A DNA stretch of 64,000 nt from Eledone cirrhosa (lineage: Eukaryota), in contig OZ024741.1 of the NCBI GenBank assembly GCA_964016885.1, positions 33,976,001 through 34,040,000 of the forward strand, read 5' to 3'. The notes under the pieces were generated by a model. It did no database searches and had not been told where the DNA came from. It saw only the letters and a list, made by a program, of their open reading frames with translations. Every line of letters begins with the position of its first letter. Position 1 is the stretch's first letter. Made by a program: the position numbers and the translations under genes. Below are positions 11,815 through 25,700 of the stretch, one piece after another.

Positions 11815-12650
11815 ACTGCAAACTGGTTGTGGAAGCGCCACGGCAAAAAAGTACCCAGCCCACACTGTAAAGTGGTCATGGAGGCGCCACAGCAAAAAAG
11901 TACCCAGCCCACACTGTAAAGTGGTCATGGAGGCGCCACAGCAAAAAAAGTACCCAGCCCACACTGTAAAGTGGTCATGGAGGCGCCACAGCAAAAAAGC
12001 ACCCAGCACTTACTGTAAAGTGGTCATGGAGGCGCCACAGCAAAAAAGTACCCAGCCCACACTGTAAAGTGGTCGTGGAGGCACCACAGCAAAAAAGCAC
12101 CCACCACTCACTGTAAAGTGGTCGTGGAGGCGCCACAGCAAAAAAGCACCCACCACTCACTGTAAAGTGGTCGTGGAGGCGCCACAGCAAAAAAGCACCC
12201 AGCACTCACTGTAAAGTGGTCGTGGAGGCGCCACAGCAAAAAAGCACCCAGCACTCACTGTAAAGTGGTTGTGGAGGTGCCACAGCAAAAAAGCACCCAC
12301 CACTCACTGTAAAGTGGTCGTGGAGGCGCCACAGCAAAAAAGCACCCAGCACTCACTGTAAAGTGGTCGTGGAGGCGCCACAGCAAAAAAGTACCCAGCC
12401 CACACTGTAAAGTGGTCGTGGAGGTGCCACAGCAAAAAAGCACCCAGCACTCACTGTAAAGTGGTCGTGGAGGTGCCACAGCAAAAAAGCACCCAGCACT
12501 CACTGTAAAGTGGTCGTGGAGGTGCCACAGCAAAAAAGCACCCAGCACTCACTGTAAAGTGGTCGTGGAGGTGCCACAGCAAAAAAGCACCCAGCACTCA
12601 CTGTAAAGTGGTCGTGGAGGTGCCACGGCAAAAAAGCACCCAGCACTCAC
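11815..12650 (+). repeat. 49-bp minisatellite (~17 units) inside an RTE 3'UTR
   Basis: Unit ACTGTAAAGTGGTCGTGGAGGCGCCACAGCAAAAAAGCACCCAGCACTC; starts at 11864, 12061, 12110 ... 12600; no unique spacers. Confidence 0.95.
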
Positions 12651-12824
12651 TGTAAATGAGGTTGGTGTTAGGAAGGGCATCCAGCTGTAGAAATCAAGCC
12701 AGAATCAGTTCCCGTATGAGCAAGACAAGGTCAGCCGACTGGACACTGCCCACAACAGGACAATCCGTCTAACCCATGCTAGCGTGGAAGGACGGACATA
12801 AAAATGGTGATGATGATGATGATG
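12649..12824 (+). mobile_element. RTE 3' end with (GAT)n tail
   Basis: Collinear with 63769-63943. Confidence 0.9.
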
Positions 12825-12825
12825 T

Positions 12826-12990
12826 CTACTTTAGGCACACGGCCAGCAATTCAGGGTGAGGGAAAGCTGATTATATTGACCCCAGTACTTGACTGGTACT
12901 TTAATAATAATAATGAAATATTGTGTACAGTGCTCAGGTGCACTACAACTAATCAAAAAGTGTATGTATAGTACATAGGGTAATGTATAA
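12826..12990 (-). mobile_element. SINE-A-related tail (12826-12902) followed by a CR1 3' tail (12902-12990)
   Basis: TCTACTTTAGGCACACGGCCAGCAATT...; AATGAAATATTGTGTACAGTGCTCAGGTGCACTACAAC matches 36634 and 47430. Confidence 0.7.
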
Positions 12991-13096
12991 ACATCATTAT
13001 TGGCCAGTAGGTTTTGAAATCAATAATACATGCACAGAATATGGTTCAACAAGTGGTTTAGAGATCCAGTTAAATTCCAGCCACTGGTTGATTCTG

Positions 13097-13412
13097 TATC
13101 ATCATCATCATAAACATCACCATAAACACCATCACCATAAACATCATCACCATAAACATCATAAACATCATCAATATTATCATCATAGCCACCACCATCA
13201 CCATTGCCATCATCAACATTGTCATCATCATCACCACCATCACCATTGCCATCATCAACATCATCATTATTCCTATCATCACTATTCCTATCATCAACAG
13301 TGTCATCATCATTTCCGTCATCAATATTGACATCATCACCATTGCCATCATCACCATTGCCATCATCAATATTATCACCACTTTCATCATCATCATCACC
13401 ATCATCTTCATA
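13097..13412. repeat. Degenerate (CAT)n tract
   Basis: Direct reading. Confidence 0.92.
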
Positions 13413-13660
13413 ATCCCTACATCCCTACATCCCTGCCCTATGGTAATTACATAGGAAGGTAATTAATTGTAACTGATAGCCTGTTGCCTATAAAGTATGT
13501 TCACTTTTGTTCACGGAAGGTTGCACAACCCAGACACTAATTGAAGCAGACTTACATATTGCCGTATTGCAGATGTCTGGCAAATGCTCAGTCATATGTT
13601 GTCACACATCACTGAACATAACATTGGGTTGATGCTGATGTAGATGGCTGCTTCTCTACA

Positions 13661-13709
<49 letters not shown>

Positions 13710-13719
13710 GTGTGTATGT

Positions 13720-16700
13720 GTATGTGTTACTGTGTGTATGTGTTACTGTGTGCATGTGTTACTGTGTGTATGTGTGTGTGTGTTACTGTGTGTATGTGTT
13801 ACTGTGTGTATGTGTTACTGTGTGTGTGTGTTACTGTGTGTCTGTGTTACTGTGTGTATGTGTTACTGTGTGTGTGTGTTACTGTGTGTGTGTGTTACTG
13901 TGTGTATGTGTTACTGTGTGTGTGTGTTACTGTGTGTGTGTTACTGTGTGCGTGTGTTACTGTGTGTATGTGTTACTGTGTGTATGTGTTACTGTGTGTG
14001 TGTGTTACTGTGTGTGTGTGTTACTGTGTGTATGTGTTACTGTGTGTCTGTGTTACTGTGTGTGTGTGTTACTGTGTGTATGTGTTACTGTGTGTGTGTG
14101 TTACTGTGTGTGTGTTACTGTGTGTGTGTGTTACTGTGTGTGTGTGTTACTGTGTGTGTGTGTTACTGTGTGTATGTGTTACTGTGTGTGTGTGTTACTG
14201 TGTGTCTGTGTTACTGTGTGTATGTGTTACTGTGTGTATGTGTTACTGTGTGTCTGTGTTACTGTGTGTGTGTGTTACTGTGTGTATGTGTTACTGTGTG
14301 TATGTGTTACTGTGTGTATGTGTTACTGTGTGTGTGTGTTACTGTGTGTGTGTGTTACTGTGTGTATGTGTTACTGTGTGTGTGTGTTACTGTGTGTGTG
14401 TGTTACTGTGTGTCTGTGTTACTGTGTGTATGTGTTACTGTGTGTGTGTGTTACTGTGTGTGTGTGTTACTGTGTGTATGTGTTACTGTGTGTGTGTGTT
14501 ACTGTGTGTATGTGTTACTGTGTGTGTGTGTTACTGTGTGTATGTGTTACTGTGTGTCTGTGTTACTGTGTGTATGTGTTACTGTGTGTATGTGTTACTG
14601 TGTGTCTGTGTTACTGTGTGTATGTGTTACTGTGTGTGTGTGTTACTGTGTGTGTGTGTTACTGTGTGTATGTGTTACTGTGTGTGTGTGTTACTGTGTG
14701 TGTGTGTTACTGTGTGTATGTGTTACTGTGTGTATGTGTTACTGTGTGTGTGTGTTACTGTGTGTGTGTGTTACTGTGTGTATGTGTTACTGTGTGTGTG
14801 TGTTACTGTGTGTCTGTGTTACTGTGTGTATGTGTTACTGTGTGTGTGTGTTACTGTGTGTGTGTGTTACTGTGTGTATGTGTTACTGTGTGCGTGTGTT
14901 ACTGTGTGTATGTGTTACTGTGTGTGTGTGTTACTGTGTGTATGTGTTACTGTGTGTATGTGTTACTGTGTGTGTGTGTTACTGTGTGTATGTGTTACTG
15001 TGTGTGTGTGTTACTGTGTGTGTGTGTTACTGTGTGTATGTGTTATTGTGTGTCTGTGTTACTGTGTGTGTGTGTTACTGTGTGTATGTGTTACTGTGTG
15101 TATGTGTTACTGTGTGTGTGTGTTACTGTGTGTGTGTGTTACTGTGTGTATGTGTTACTGTGTGTGTGTGTTACTGTGTGTATGTGTTACTGTGTGTGTG
15201 TGTTACTGTGTGTATGTGTTACTGTGTGTATGTGTTACTGTGTGTCTGTGTTACTGTGTGTGTGTGTTACTGTGTGTATGTGTTACTGTGTGTATGTGTT
15301 ACTGTGTGTATGTGTTACTGTGTGTGTGTGTTACTGTGTGTGTGTGTTACTGTGTGTATGTGTTACTGTGTGTGTGTGTTACTGTGTGTGTGTGTTACTG
15401 TGTGTATGTGTTACTGTGTGTGTGTGTTACTGTGTGTGTGTGTTACTGTGTGTATGTGTTACTGTGTGTGTGTGTTACTGTGTGTATGTGTTACTGTGTG
15501 TCTGTGTTACTGTGTGTATGTGTTACTGTGTGTGTGTGTTACTGTGTGTATGTGTTACTGTGTGTGTGTGTTACTGTGTGTGTGTGTTACTGTGTGTATG
15601 TGTTACTGTGTGTGTGTGTATGTGTTACTGTGTGTATGTGTTACTGTGTGTCTGTGTTACTGTGTGTATGTGTTACTGTGTGTGTGTGTTACTGTGTGTG
15701 TGTGTTACTGTGTGTATGTGTTACTGTGTGTATGTGTTACTGTGTGTATGTGTTACTGTGTGTGTGTGTTACTGTGTGTGTGTGTTACTGTGTGCATGTG
15801 TTACTGTGTGTATGTGTTACTGTGTGTGTGTGTTACTGTGTGTGTGTGTTACTGTGTGTATGTGTTACTGTGTGTATGTGTTACTGTGTGTCTGTGTTAC
15901 TGTGTGTATGTGTTACTGTGTGTGTGTGTTACTGTGTGTGTGTTACTGTGTGCGTGTGTTACTGTGTGTATGTGTTACTGTGTGTATGTGTTACTGTGTG
16001 TGTGTGTTACTGTGTGTATGTGTTACTGTGTGTCTGTGTTACTGTGTGTATGTGTTACTGTGTGTATGTGTTACTGTGTGTGTGTTACTGTGTGCGTGTG
16101 TTACTGTGTGTCTGTGTTACTGTGTGTATGTGTTAATGTGTGTATGTGTTACTGTGTGTATGTGTTACTGTGTGTCTGTGTTACTGTGTGTCTGTGTTAC
16201 TGTGTGTCTGTGTTACTGTGTGTGTGTTACTGTGTGCGTGTGTTACTGTGTGTATGTGTTACTGTGTGTATGTGTTACTGTGTGTGTGTGTTACTGTGTG
16301 TATGTGTTACTGTGTGCGTGTGTTACTGTGTGCATGTGTTACTGTGTGTATGTGTTACTGTGTGTGTGTGTTACTGTGTGTCTGTGTTACTGTGTGTGTG
16401 TGTTACTGTGTGTCTGTGTTACTGTGTGTGTGTTACTGTGTGCGTGTGTTACTGTGTGTATGTGTTACTGTGTGTATGTGTTACTGTGTGTGTGTGTTAC
16501 TGTGTGTATGTGTTACTGTGTGTGTGTGTTACTGTGTGTATGTGTTACTGTGTGTGTGTGTTACTGTGTGTATGTGTTACTCTGTGTGTGTGTTACTGTG
16601 TGTATGTGTTACTGTGTGTGTGTGTTACTGTGTGTATGTGTTACTGTGTGTATGTGTTACTGTGTGTATGTGTTACTGTGTGTGTGTGTTACTGTGTGTG

Positions 16701-19700
16701 TGTGTTACTGTGTGTGTGTGTTACTGTGTGTGTGTGTTACTGTGTGTGTGTGTTACTGTGTGCATGTGTTACTGTGTATGTGTTACTGTGTGTGTGTGTT
16801 ACTGTGTGTATGTGTTACTGTGTGTCTGTGTTACTGTGTGTATGTGTTACTGTGTGTGTGTATTACTGTGTGTGTGTGTGTGTGTGTGTGTTACTGTGTG
16901 TGTGTGTGTTACTGTGTGTATGTGTTACTGTGTGTATGTGTTACTGTGTGTATGTGTTACTGTGTGCATGTGTTACTGTGTATGTGTTACTGTGTGTATG
17001 TGTTACTGTGTGTATGTGTTACTGTGTGTCTGTGTGTGTGTGTTACTGTGTGTGTGTGTTACTGTGTGTGTGTGTTACTGTGTGTATGTGTTACTGTGTG
17101 TGTGTGTTACTGTGTGTATGTGTTACTGTGTGTATGTGTTACTGTGTGTATGTGTGTGTGTGTTACTGTGTGTCTGTGTTACTGTGTGTATGTGTTACTG
17201 TGTGCATGTGTTACTGTGTGTGTGTGTTACTGTGTGTGTGTGTTACTGTGTGTATGTGTTACTGTGTGTATGTGTTACTGTGTGTGTGTGTTACTGTGTG
17301 TCTGTGTTACTGTGTGTGTGTGTTACTGTGTGTATGTGTTACTGTGTGCATGTGTTACTGTGTGCATGTGTTACTGTGTGTGTGTGTTACTGTGTGTGTG
17401 TGTTACTGTGTGTGTGTGTTACTGTGTGTATGTGTTACTGTGTGTATGTGTTAATGTGTGCATGTGTTACTGTGTGTATGTGTTACTGTGTGTATGTGTT
17501 ACTGTATGTGTGTGTTACTGTGTGCATGTGTTACTGTGTGTATGTGTTACTGTGTGTATGTGTTACTGTGTGTGTGTGTTACTGTGTGTATGTGTTACTG
17601 TGTGTCTGTGTGTGTGTGTTACTGTGTGTGTGTGTTACTGTGTGTATGTGGTACTGTGTGTGTGTGTTACTGTGTGTATGTGTTACTGTGTGTATGTGTT
17701 ACTGTGTGCATGTGTTACTGTGTGCATGTGTTACTGTGTGTATGTGTTACTGTGTGTATGTGTTACTGTGTGTGTGTTACTGTGTGTGTGTGTTACAGTG
17801 TGTATGTGTTACTGTGTGTATGTGTTACTGTGTGTGTGTGTTACTGTGTGTATGTGTTACTGTGTGTATGTGTTACTGTGTGTGTGTGTTACTGTGTGTA
17901 TGTGTTACTGTGTGTGTGTGTTACTGTGTGTATGTGTTACTGTGTGTGTGTGTTACTGTGTGTATGTGTTACTGTGTGTATGTGTTACTGTGTGTGTGTG
18001 TTACTGTGTGTGTGTGTTACTGTGTGTATGTGTTACTGTGTGTGTGTGTTACTGTGTGTGTGTGTGTGTGTGTTACTGTGTGCATGTGTTACTGTGTGTG
18101 TGTGTTACTGTGTGCATGTGTTACTGTGTGTATGTGTTACTGTGTGTGTGTGTTACTGTGTGTGTGTGTTACTGTGTGTGTGTGTTACTGTGTGTGTGTG
18201 TGACTGTGTGCATGTGTTACTGTGTGTATGTGTTACTGTGTGCATGTGTTACTGTGTGTGTGTGTTACTGTGTGTGTGTGTTACTGTGTGCATGTGTTAC
18301 TGTGTGTGTGTGTGACTGTGTGCATGTGTTACTGTGTGTATGTGTTACTGTGTGTGTGTGTTACTGTGTGTGTGTGTTACTGTGTGTGTGTGTTACTGTG
18401 TGTGTGTGTTACTGTGTGCATGTGTTACTGTGTGTGTGTGTTACTGTGTGTGTGTGTTACTGTGTGCGTGTGTTACTGTGTGCGTGTGTTACTGTGTGTC
18501 TGTGTTACTGTGTGTGTGTGTGTGTGTTACTGTGTGTATGTGTTACTGTGTGTGTGTGTTACTGTGTGTATGTGTTACTGTGTGTATGTGTTACTGTGTG
18601 CATGTGTTACTGTGTGTGTGTGTGTTACTGTGTGTGTGTTACTGTGTGCATGTGTTACTGTGTGTCTGTGTTACTGTGTGTGTGTGTGTGTGTTACTGTG
18701 TGTATGTGTTACTGTGTGTATGTGTTACTGTGTGTGTGTGTTACTGTGTGTATGTGTTACTGTGTGTATGTGTTACTGTGTGCATGTGTTACTGTGTGTG
18801 TGTGTTACTGTGTGTGTGTGTTACTGTGTGCATGTGTTACTGTGTGTGTGTGTTACTGTGTGTGTGTGTTACTGTGTGCATGTGTTACTGTGTGTGTGTC
18901 TTACTGTGTGTGTGTGTTACTGTGTGCATGTGTTACTGTGTGTGTGTGTTACTGTGTGTATGTGTTACTGTGTGTGTGTGTTACTGTGTGCATGTGTTAC
19001 TGTGTGTCTGTGTTACTCTGTGTGTGTGTTACTGTGTGTCTGTGTTACTGTGTGTCTGTGTTACTGTGTGTATGTGTTACTGTGTGTATGTGTGTTATTG
19101 TGTGTGTGTGTGTTACTGTGTGTATGTGTTACTGTGTGTCTGTGTTACTGTATGTGTTACTGTGTGTATGTGTGTTACTGTGTGTGTGTGTGTGTGTTAC
19201 TGTGTGTGTCTGTGTTACTGTGTGTATGTGTTACTGTGTGCATGTGTTACTGTGTGTATGTGTTACTGTGTGTATGTGTTACTGTGTGTGTGTGTCACTG
19301 TGTGTGTGTGTCACTGTGTGTGTGTGTCACTGTGTGTCTGTGTTACTGTGTGCATGTGTTACTGTGTGCATGTGTTACTGTGTGTGTGTGTTACTGTGTG
19401 TATGTGTTACTATGTGTGTGTGTCACTGTGTGTCTGTGTTACTGTGTGCATGTGTTACTGCGTGCATGTGTTACTGTGTGTATGTGTTACTGTGTGTATG
19501 TGTTACTGTGTGTCTGTGTTACTGTGTGTATGTGTTACTGTGTGTATGTGTTATTGTGTGTATGTGTTACTGTGTGTCTGTGTTACTGTGTGCATGTGTT
19601 ACTGTGTGTATGTGTTACTGTGTGTATGTGTTACTGTGTGTATGTGTTACTGTGTGCATGTGTTACTGTGTGTGTGTTACTCTGTGTATGTGTTACTGTG

Positions 19701-22700
19701 TGCATGTGTTACTGTGTGCATGTGTTACTGTGTGTATGTGTTACTGTGTGCATGTGTTACTGTGTGCATGAGTTACTGTGTGTATGTGTTACTGTGTGTG
19801 TGTTACAGTGTGTGTTACTGTGTGTGTGTGTTACTGTGTGTGTGTGTTACTGTGTGCATGTGTTACTGTGTGTGTGTGTTACTGTGTGTATGTTTTACTG
19901 TGTGCATGTGTTACTGTGTGTGTGTTACTGTGTGTCTGTGTTACTGTATGGATGTGTTACTGTGTGTATGTGTGTGTGCATGTGTGTATGTGTTACTGTG
20001 TGGATGTGTTACTGTGTGTATGTGTTACTGTGTGCATGTGTTACTGTGTGCATGTGTTACTGTGTGCATGTGTTACTGTGTGCATGTGTTTCTTTGTGTA
20101 TGTATTACTGTGTATATGTGTTACTGTGTGTGTGTGTGTTACTGTGTGGATGTGTTACTATGTGCATGTGTTACTGTGTGTATGTGTTACTGTGTGTGTG
20201 TGTGTGTTACCGTGTCTGTGTGTATGTGTTACTGTGTGGATGAGTTACTGTGTGTAAGTGTTACTGTGTCTGTGTGTTACTGTGTGTATGTGTTACTGTG
20301 TGGATGTGTTACTGTGTGTAAGTGTTACTGTGTGTAAGTGTTACTGTGTGTGTGTGTTACTGTGTGCATGTGTTACTGTGTGCATGTGTTACTGTGTGTA
20401 TGTGTTACTGTGTGTATGTGTTACTGTGTGTATGTGTTACTGTGTGTGTGTGTTACTGTGTGTGTGTGTTACTGTGTGTGTGTGTTACTGTGTGTATGTG
20501 TTACTGTGTGTATGTGTTACTGTGTGTATGTGTTACTGTGTGTATGTGTTACTGTGTGTAAGTGTTACTGTGTCTGTGTGTTACTGTGTGTGTGTGTTAC
20601 TGTGTGCATGTGTTACTGTGTGTGTGTGTTACTGTGTGTTACTGTGTAGATGTGTTACTGTGTGTAAGTGTTACTGTGTGTAAGTGTTACTGTGTGCACG
20701 TGTTACTGTGTGCATGTGTTACTGTGTGTATGTGTTACTGTGTGTGTGTGTGTGTGTGTTACTGTGTGTATGTGTTACTGTGTGTTTGTTACTGTGTGTC
20801 TCTGTTATAGTGTGTGTCTGTTACTGTGCGTGCGTGTTACTATGTGCTTGTGTTACCGTGTCGATGTGTTACTGCGTGTATGTGTTACTGTGTGTGTGTT
20901 ACTGTGTGTCTCTGTTACAGTGTGTGTGTTCGAGTTACTATGTGTTACTGTGCTATTGTGCTACTGTGTGTGTGTGTTACTATGTGTTACTGTGTGTGTG
21001 TGTTACTGTGTGATTGTGCTACTGTGTGTGTGTGTTACTAAGTGTTACTGTGTGTGTGTGTTACTGTGTGTATGTGTTACTGTGCGTATGTGTTACTGTG
21101 TGTATGTGTTACTGTGTGGATGTTTTACTGAGTGTCTGTTACTGTGTGTGTGTTATTGTGTGTATGTGTTACTGTGCGTAAGTGTTACAGTCTGTGTGTG
21201 TGTTACTGTATGTATGTGTTACTGTGTGTGTGAGTTACTATGTGCATGTGTTACTGTGTGTATGTGTTACTTTGTGTGTGTGTTACTGTGTGTATGTGTT
21301 ACTGTGTGTATGTGTTACTGTGCGTAAGTGTTACAGTGTGTGTGTTACTGTGTGTGTGCGTGTTACTATGTGTTACTGTGTGTGTGTGTTACTGTGTGTA
21401 TGTGCTACTGTGTGGATGTGTTACTGTGTGGATGTGTTACTGTGTGTATGTGTTACTGTGTGTGTGTTACTGTGTGTATGTGTTACTGTGTGGATGTGTT
21501 ACTGTGTGTATTTGTTACTGTGTGTATGTGTTACTGTGTGTATGTGTTACTGTGTGTGTGTTACTGTGTGTATGTGTTACTGTGTGGATGTGTTACTGTG
21601 TGTATGTGTTACTGTGTGTGTGTTACTGTGTGTATGTGTTACTGTGTGGATGTGTTACTGTGTGTATTTGTTACTGTGTGCATGTGTTACTGTGTGTATG
21701 TGTTACTGTGTGTATTTGTTACTGTGTGTATGTGTTACTGTGTGTATGTGTTACTGTGTGCATGTGTATGTGTTACTGTGTGCATGTGTTACTGTGTGCA
21801 TGTGTTACTGTGTGTATGTGTGCATGTGTTACTGTGTGCATGTGTTACTGTGTGGATGTGTTACTGTGTGGATGTGTTACTGTGTGTATGTGTTACTGTG
21901 TGTCTGTGTTACTGTGTGTATGTGTTACTGTGTGTATGTGTGTTATTGTGTGTGTGTGTGTTACTGTGTGTATGTGTTACTGTGTGTCTGTGTTACTGTA
22001 TGTGTTACTGTGTGTATGTGTGTTACTGTGTGTGTGTGTGTGTGTTACTGTGTGTGTCTGTGTTACTGTGTGTATGTGTTACTGTGTGCATGTGTTACTG
22101 TGTGTATGTGTTACTGTGTGTATGTGTTACTGTGTGTGTGTGTCACTGTGTGTGTGTGTCACTATGTGTGTGTGTCACTGTGTGTCTGTGTTACTGTGTG
22201 CATGTGTTACTGTGTGCATGTGTTACTGTGTGTGTGTGTTACTGTGTGTATGTGTTACTATGTGTGTGTGTCACTGTGTGTCTGTGTTACTGTGTGCATG
22301 TGTTACTGTGTGCATGTGTTACTGTGTGTATGTGTTACTGTGTGTATGTGTTACTGTGTGTCTGTGTTACTGTGTGTATGTGTTACTGTGTGTATGTGTT
22401 ATTGTGTGTATGTGTTACTGTGTGTCTGTGTTACTGTGTGCATGTGTTACTGTGTGTATGTGTTACTGTGTGTATGTGTTACTGTGTGTATGTGTTACTG
22501 TGTGCATGTGTTACTGTGTGTGTGTTACTCTGTGTATGTGTTACTGTGTGCATGTGTTACTGTGTGCATGTGTTACTGTGTGTATGTGTTACTGTGTGCA
22601 TGTGTTACTGTGTGCATGAGTTACTGTGTGTATGTGTTACTGTGTGTGTGTTACAGTGTGTGTTACTGTGTGTGTGTGTTACTGTATGTGTGTGTTACTG

Positions 22701-25700
22701 TGTGCATGTGTTACTGTGTGTGTGTGTTACTGTGTGTATGTTTTACTGTGTGCATGTGTTACTGTGTGTGTGTTACTGTGTGTCTGTGTTACTGTATGGA
22801 TGTGTTACTGTGTGTATGTGTGTGTGCATGTGTGTATGTGTTACTGTGTGGATGTGTTACTGTGTGTATGTGTTACTGTGTGCATGTGTTACTGTGTGCA
22901 TGTGTTACTGTGTGCATGTGTTACTGTGTGCATGTGTTTCTTTGTGTATGTATTACTGTGTATATGTGTTACTGTGTGTGTGTGTGTTACTGTGTGGATG
23001 TGTTACTATGTGCATGTGTTACTGTGTGTATGTGTTACTGTGTGTGTGTGTGTGTTACCGTGTCTGTGTGTATGTGTTACTGTGTGGATGAGTTACTGTG
23101 TGTAAGTGTTACTGTGTCTGTGTGTTACTGTGTGTATGTGTTACTGTGTGGATGTGTTACTGTGTGTAAGTGTTACTGTGTGTAAGTGTTACTGTGTGTG
23201 TGTGTTACTGTGTGCATGTGTTACTGTGTGCATGTGTTACTGTGTGTATGTGTTACTGTGTGTATGTGTTACTGTGTGTATGTGTTACTGTGTGTGTGTG
23301 TTACTGTGTGTGTGTGTTACTGTGTGTGTGTGTTACTGTGTGTGTGTGTTACTGTGTGTATGTGTTACTGTGTGTATGTGTTACTGTGTGTATGTGTTAC
23401 TGTGTGTAAGTGTTACTGTGTCTGTGTGTTACTGTGTGTGTGTGTTACTGTGTGCATGTGTTACTGTGTGTGTGTGTTACTGTGTGTTACTGTGTAGATG
23501 TGTTACTGTGTGTAAGTGTTACTGTGTGTAAGTGTTACTGTGTGCACGTGTTACTGTGTGCATGTGTTACTGTGTGTATGTGTTACTGTGTGTGTGTGTG
23601 TGTGTGTGTTACTGTGTGTATGTGTTACTGTGTGTGTGTTACTGTGTGTCTCTGTTATAGTGTGTGTCTGTTACTGTGCGTGCGTGTTACTATGTGCTTG
23701 TGTTACCGTGTCGATGTGTTACTGCGTGTATGTGTTACTGTGTGTGTGTTACTGTGTGTCTCTGTTACAGTGTGTGTGTTCGAGTTACTATGTGTTACTG
23801 TGCTATTGTGCTACTGTGTGTGTGTGTTACTATGTGTTACTGTGTGTGTGTGTTACTGTGTGATTGTGCTACTGTGTGTGTGTGTTACTAAGTGTTACTG
23901 TGTGTGTGTGTTACTGTGTGTATGTGTTACTGTGCGTATGTGTTACTGTGTGTATGTGTTACTGTGTGGATGTTTTACTGAGTGTCTGTTACTGTGTGTG
24001 TGTTATTGTGTGTATGTGTTACTGTGCGTAAGTGTTACAGTCTGTGTGTGTGTTACTGTATGTATGTGTTACTGTGTGTGTGAGTTACTGTGTGCATGTG
24101 TTACTGTGTGTATGTGTTACTTTGTGTGTGTGTTACTGTGTGTATGTGTTACTGTGTGTATGTGTTACTGTGCGTAAGTGTTACAGTGTGTGTGTTACTG
24201 TGTGTGTGCGTGTTACTATGTGTTACTGTGTGTGTGTGTTACTGTGTGTATGTGCTACTGTGTGGATGTGTTACTGTGTGGATGTGTTACTGTGTGTATG
24301 TGTTACTGTGTGTGTGTTACTGTGTGTATGTGTTACTGTGTGGATGTGTTACTGTGTGTATTTGTTACTGTGTGTATGTGTTACTGTGTGTATGTGTCAC
24401 TGTGTGTGTGTTACTGTGTGTATGTGTTACTGTGTGGATGTGTTACTGTGTGTATGTGTTACTGTGTGTGTGTTACTGTGTGTATGTGTTACTGTGTGGA
24501 TGTGTTACTGTGTGTATTTGTTACTGTGTGCATGTGTTACTGTGTGTATGTGTTACTGTGTGTATTTGTTACTGTGTGTATGTGTTACTGTGTGTATGTG
24601 TTACTGTGTGCATGTGTATGTGTTACTGTGTGCATGTGTTACTGTGTGCATGTGTTACTGTGTGTATGTGTTACTGTGTGCATGTGTTACTGTGTGCATG
24701 TGTTACTGTGTGGATGTGTTACTGTGTGGATGTGTTACTGTGTGTATGTGTTACTGTGTGTGTGTTACTGTGTGTATGTGTTACTGTGTGGATGTGTTAC
24801 TGTGTGCATGTGTTACTGTGTGTATGTGTTACTGTGTGTATGTGTTACTGTGTGCATGTGTTACTGTGTGCATGTGTTACTGTGTGCATGTGTTACTGTG
24901 TGCATGTGTTACTGTGTGCATGTGTTACTGTGTGCATGTGTTACTGTGTGCATGTGTTACTGTGTGTGTGTGTTACTGTGTGTGTTACTGTGTGGATGTG
25001 TTACTGTGTGTATGTGTTACTGTGTAGATGTGTTACTGTGTGTAAGTGTTACTGTGTGTGTGTGTTACTGTGTGCATGTGTTACCGTGTGTGTGTTTTAC
25101 TGTGTGTGTGTGTTACTGTGTGTATGTGTTACTGTGTGTATGTGTTACTGTGTGCATGTGTCACTGTGTGTATGTGTTACTGTGTGTATGTGTTACTGTG
25201 TGTATGTGTTACTGTGTGCATATGTTACTGTGTGTATGTGTTACTGTGTGTATGTGTTACTGTGTGTATGTGTGTGTATGTGTTACTGTGTGTGTGTGTT
25301 ACTGTGTGTGTTACTGTGTGCATGTGTTACTGTGTGTGTTACTGTGTGTATGTTACTGTGTGCATGTGTTACTGTGTGTGTGTGTGTTACTGTGTGCATG
25401 TGTTACTGTGTGCATGTGTTACTGTGTGCATCTGTTACTGTTTGTGTGTGTTACTGTGTGTATGTGTTACTGTGTGCATGTGTTACTGTGTGCATGTGTT
25501 ACTGTGTGCATGTGTTACTGTGTGTATGTGTTACTGTGTGTATGTGTTACTGTGTGCATGTGTTACTGTGTGTGTGTGTTACTGTGTGTGTGTGTGTTAC
25601 TGTGTGTGTGTTACTGTTTATATGTGTTACTGTGTGTGTGTTACTGTTTATATGTGTTACTGTGTGTATGTGTTACTGTGTGCATGTGTTACTGTGTGTA

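Noticed and set aside
11815-12650. CRISPR-like regular array
   Set aside because: Units are wholly repeated with no unique spacers, no cas genes, eukaryotic context; derived from a LINE UTR
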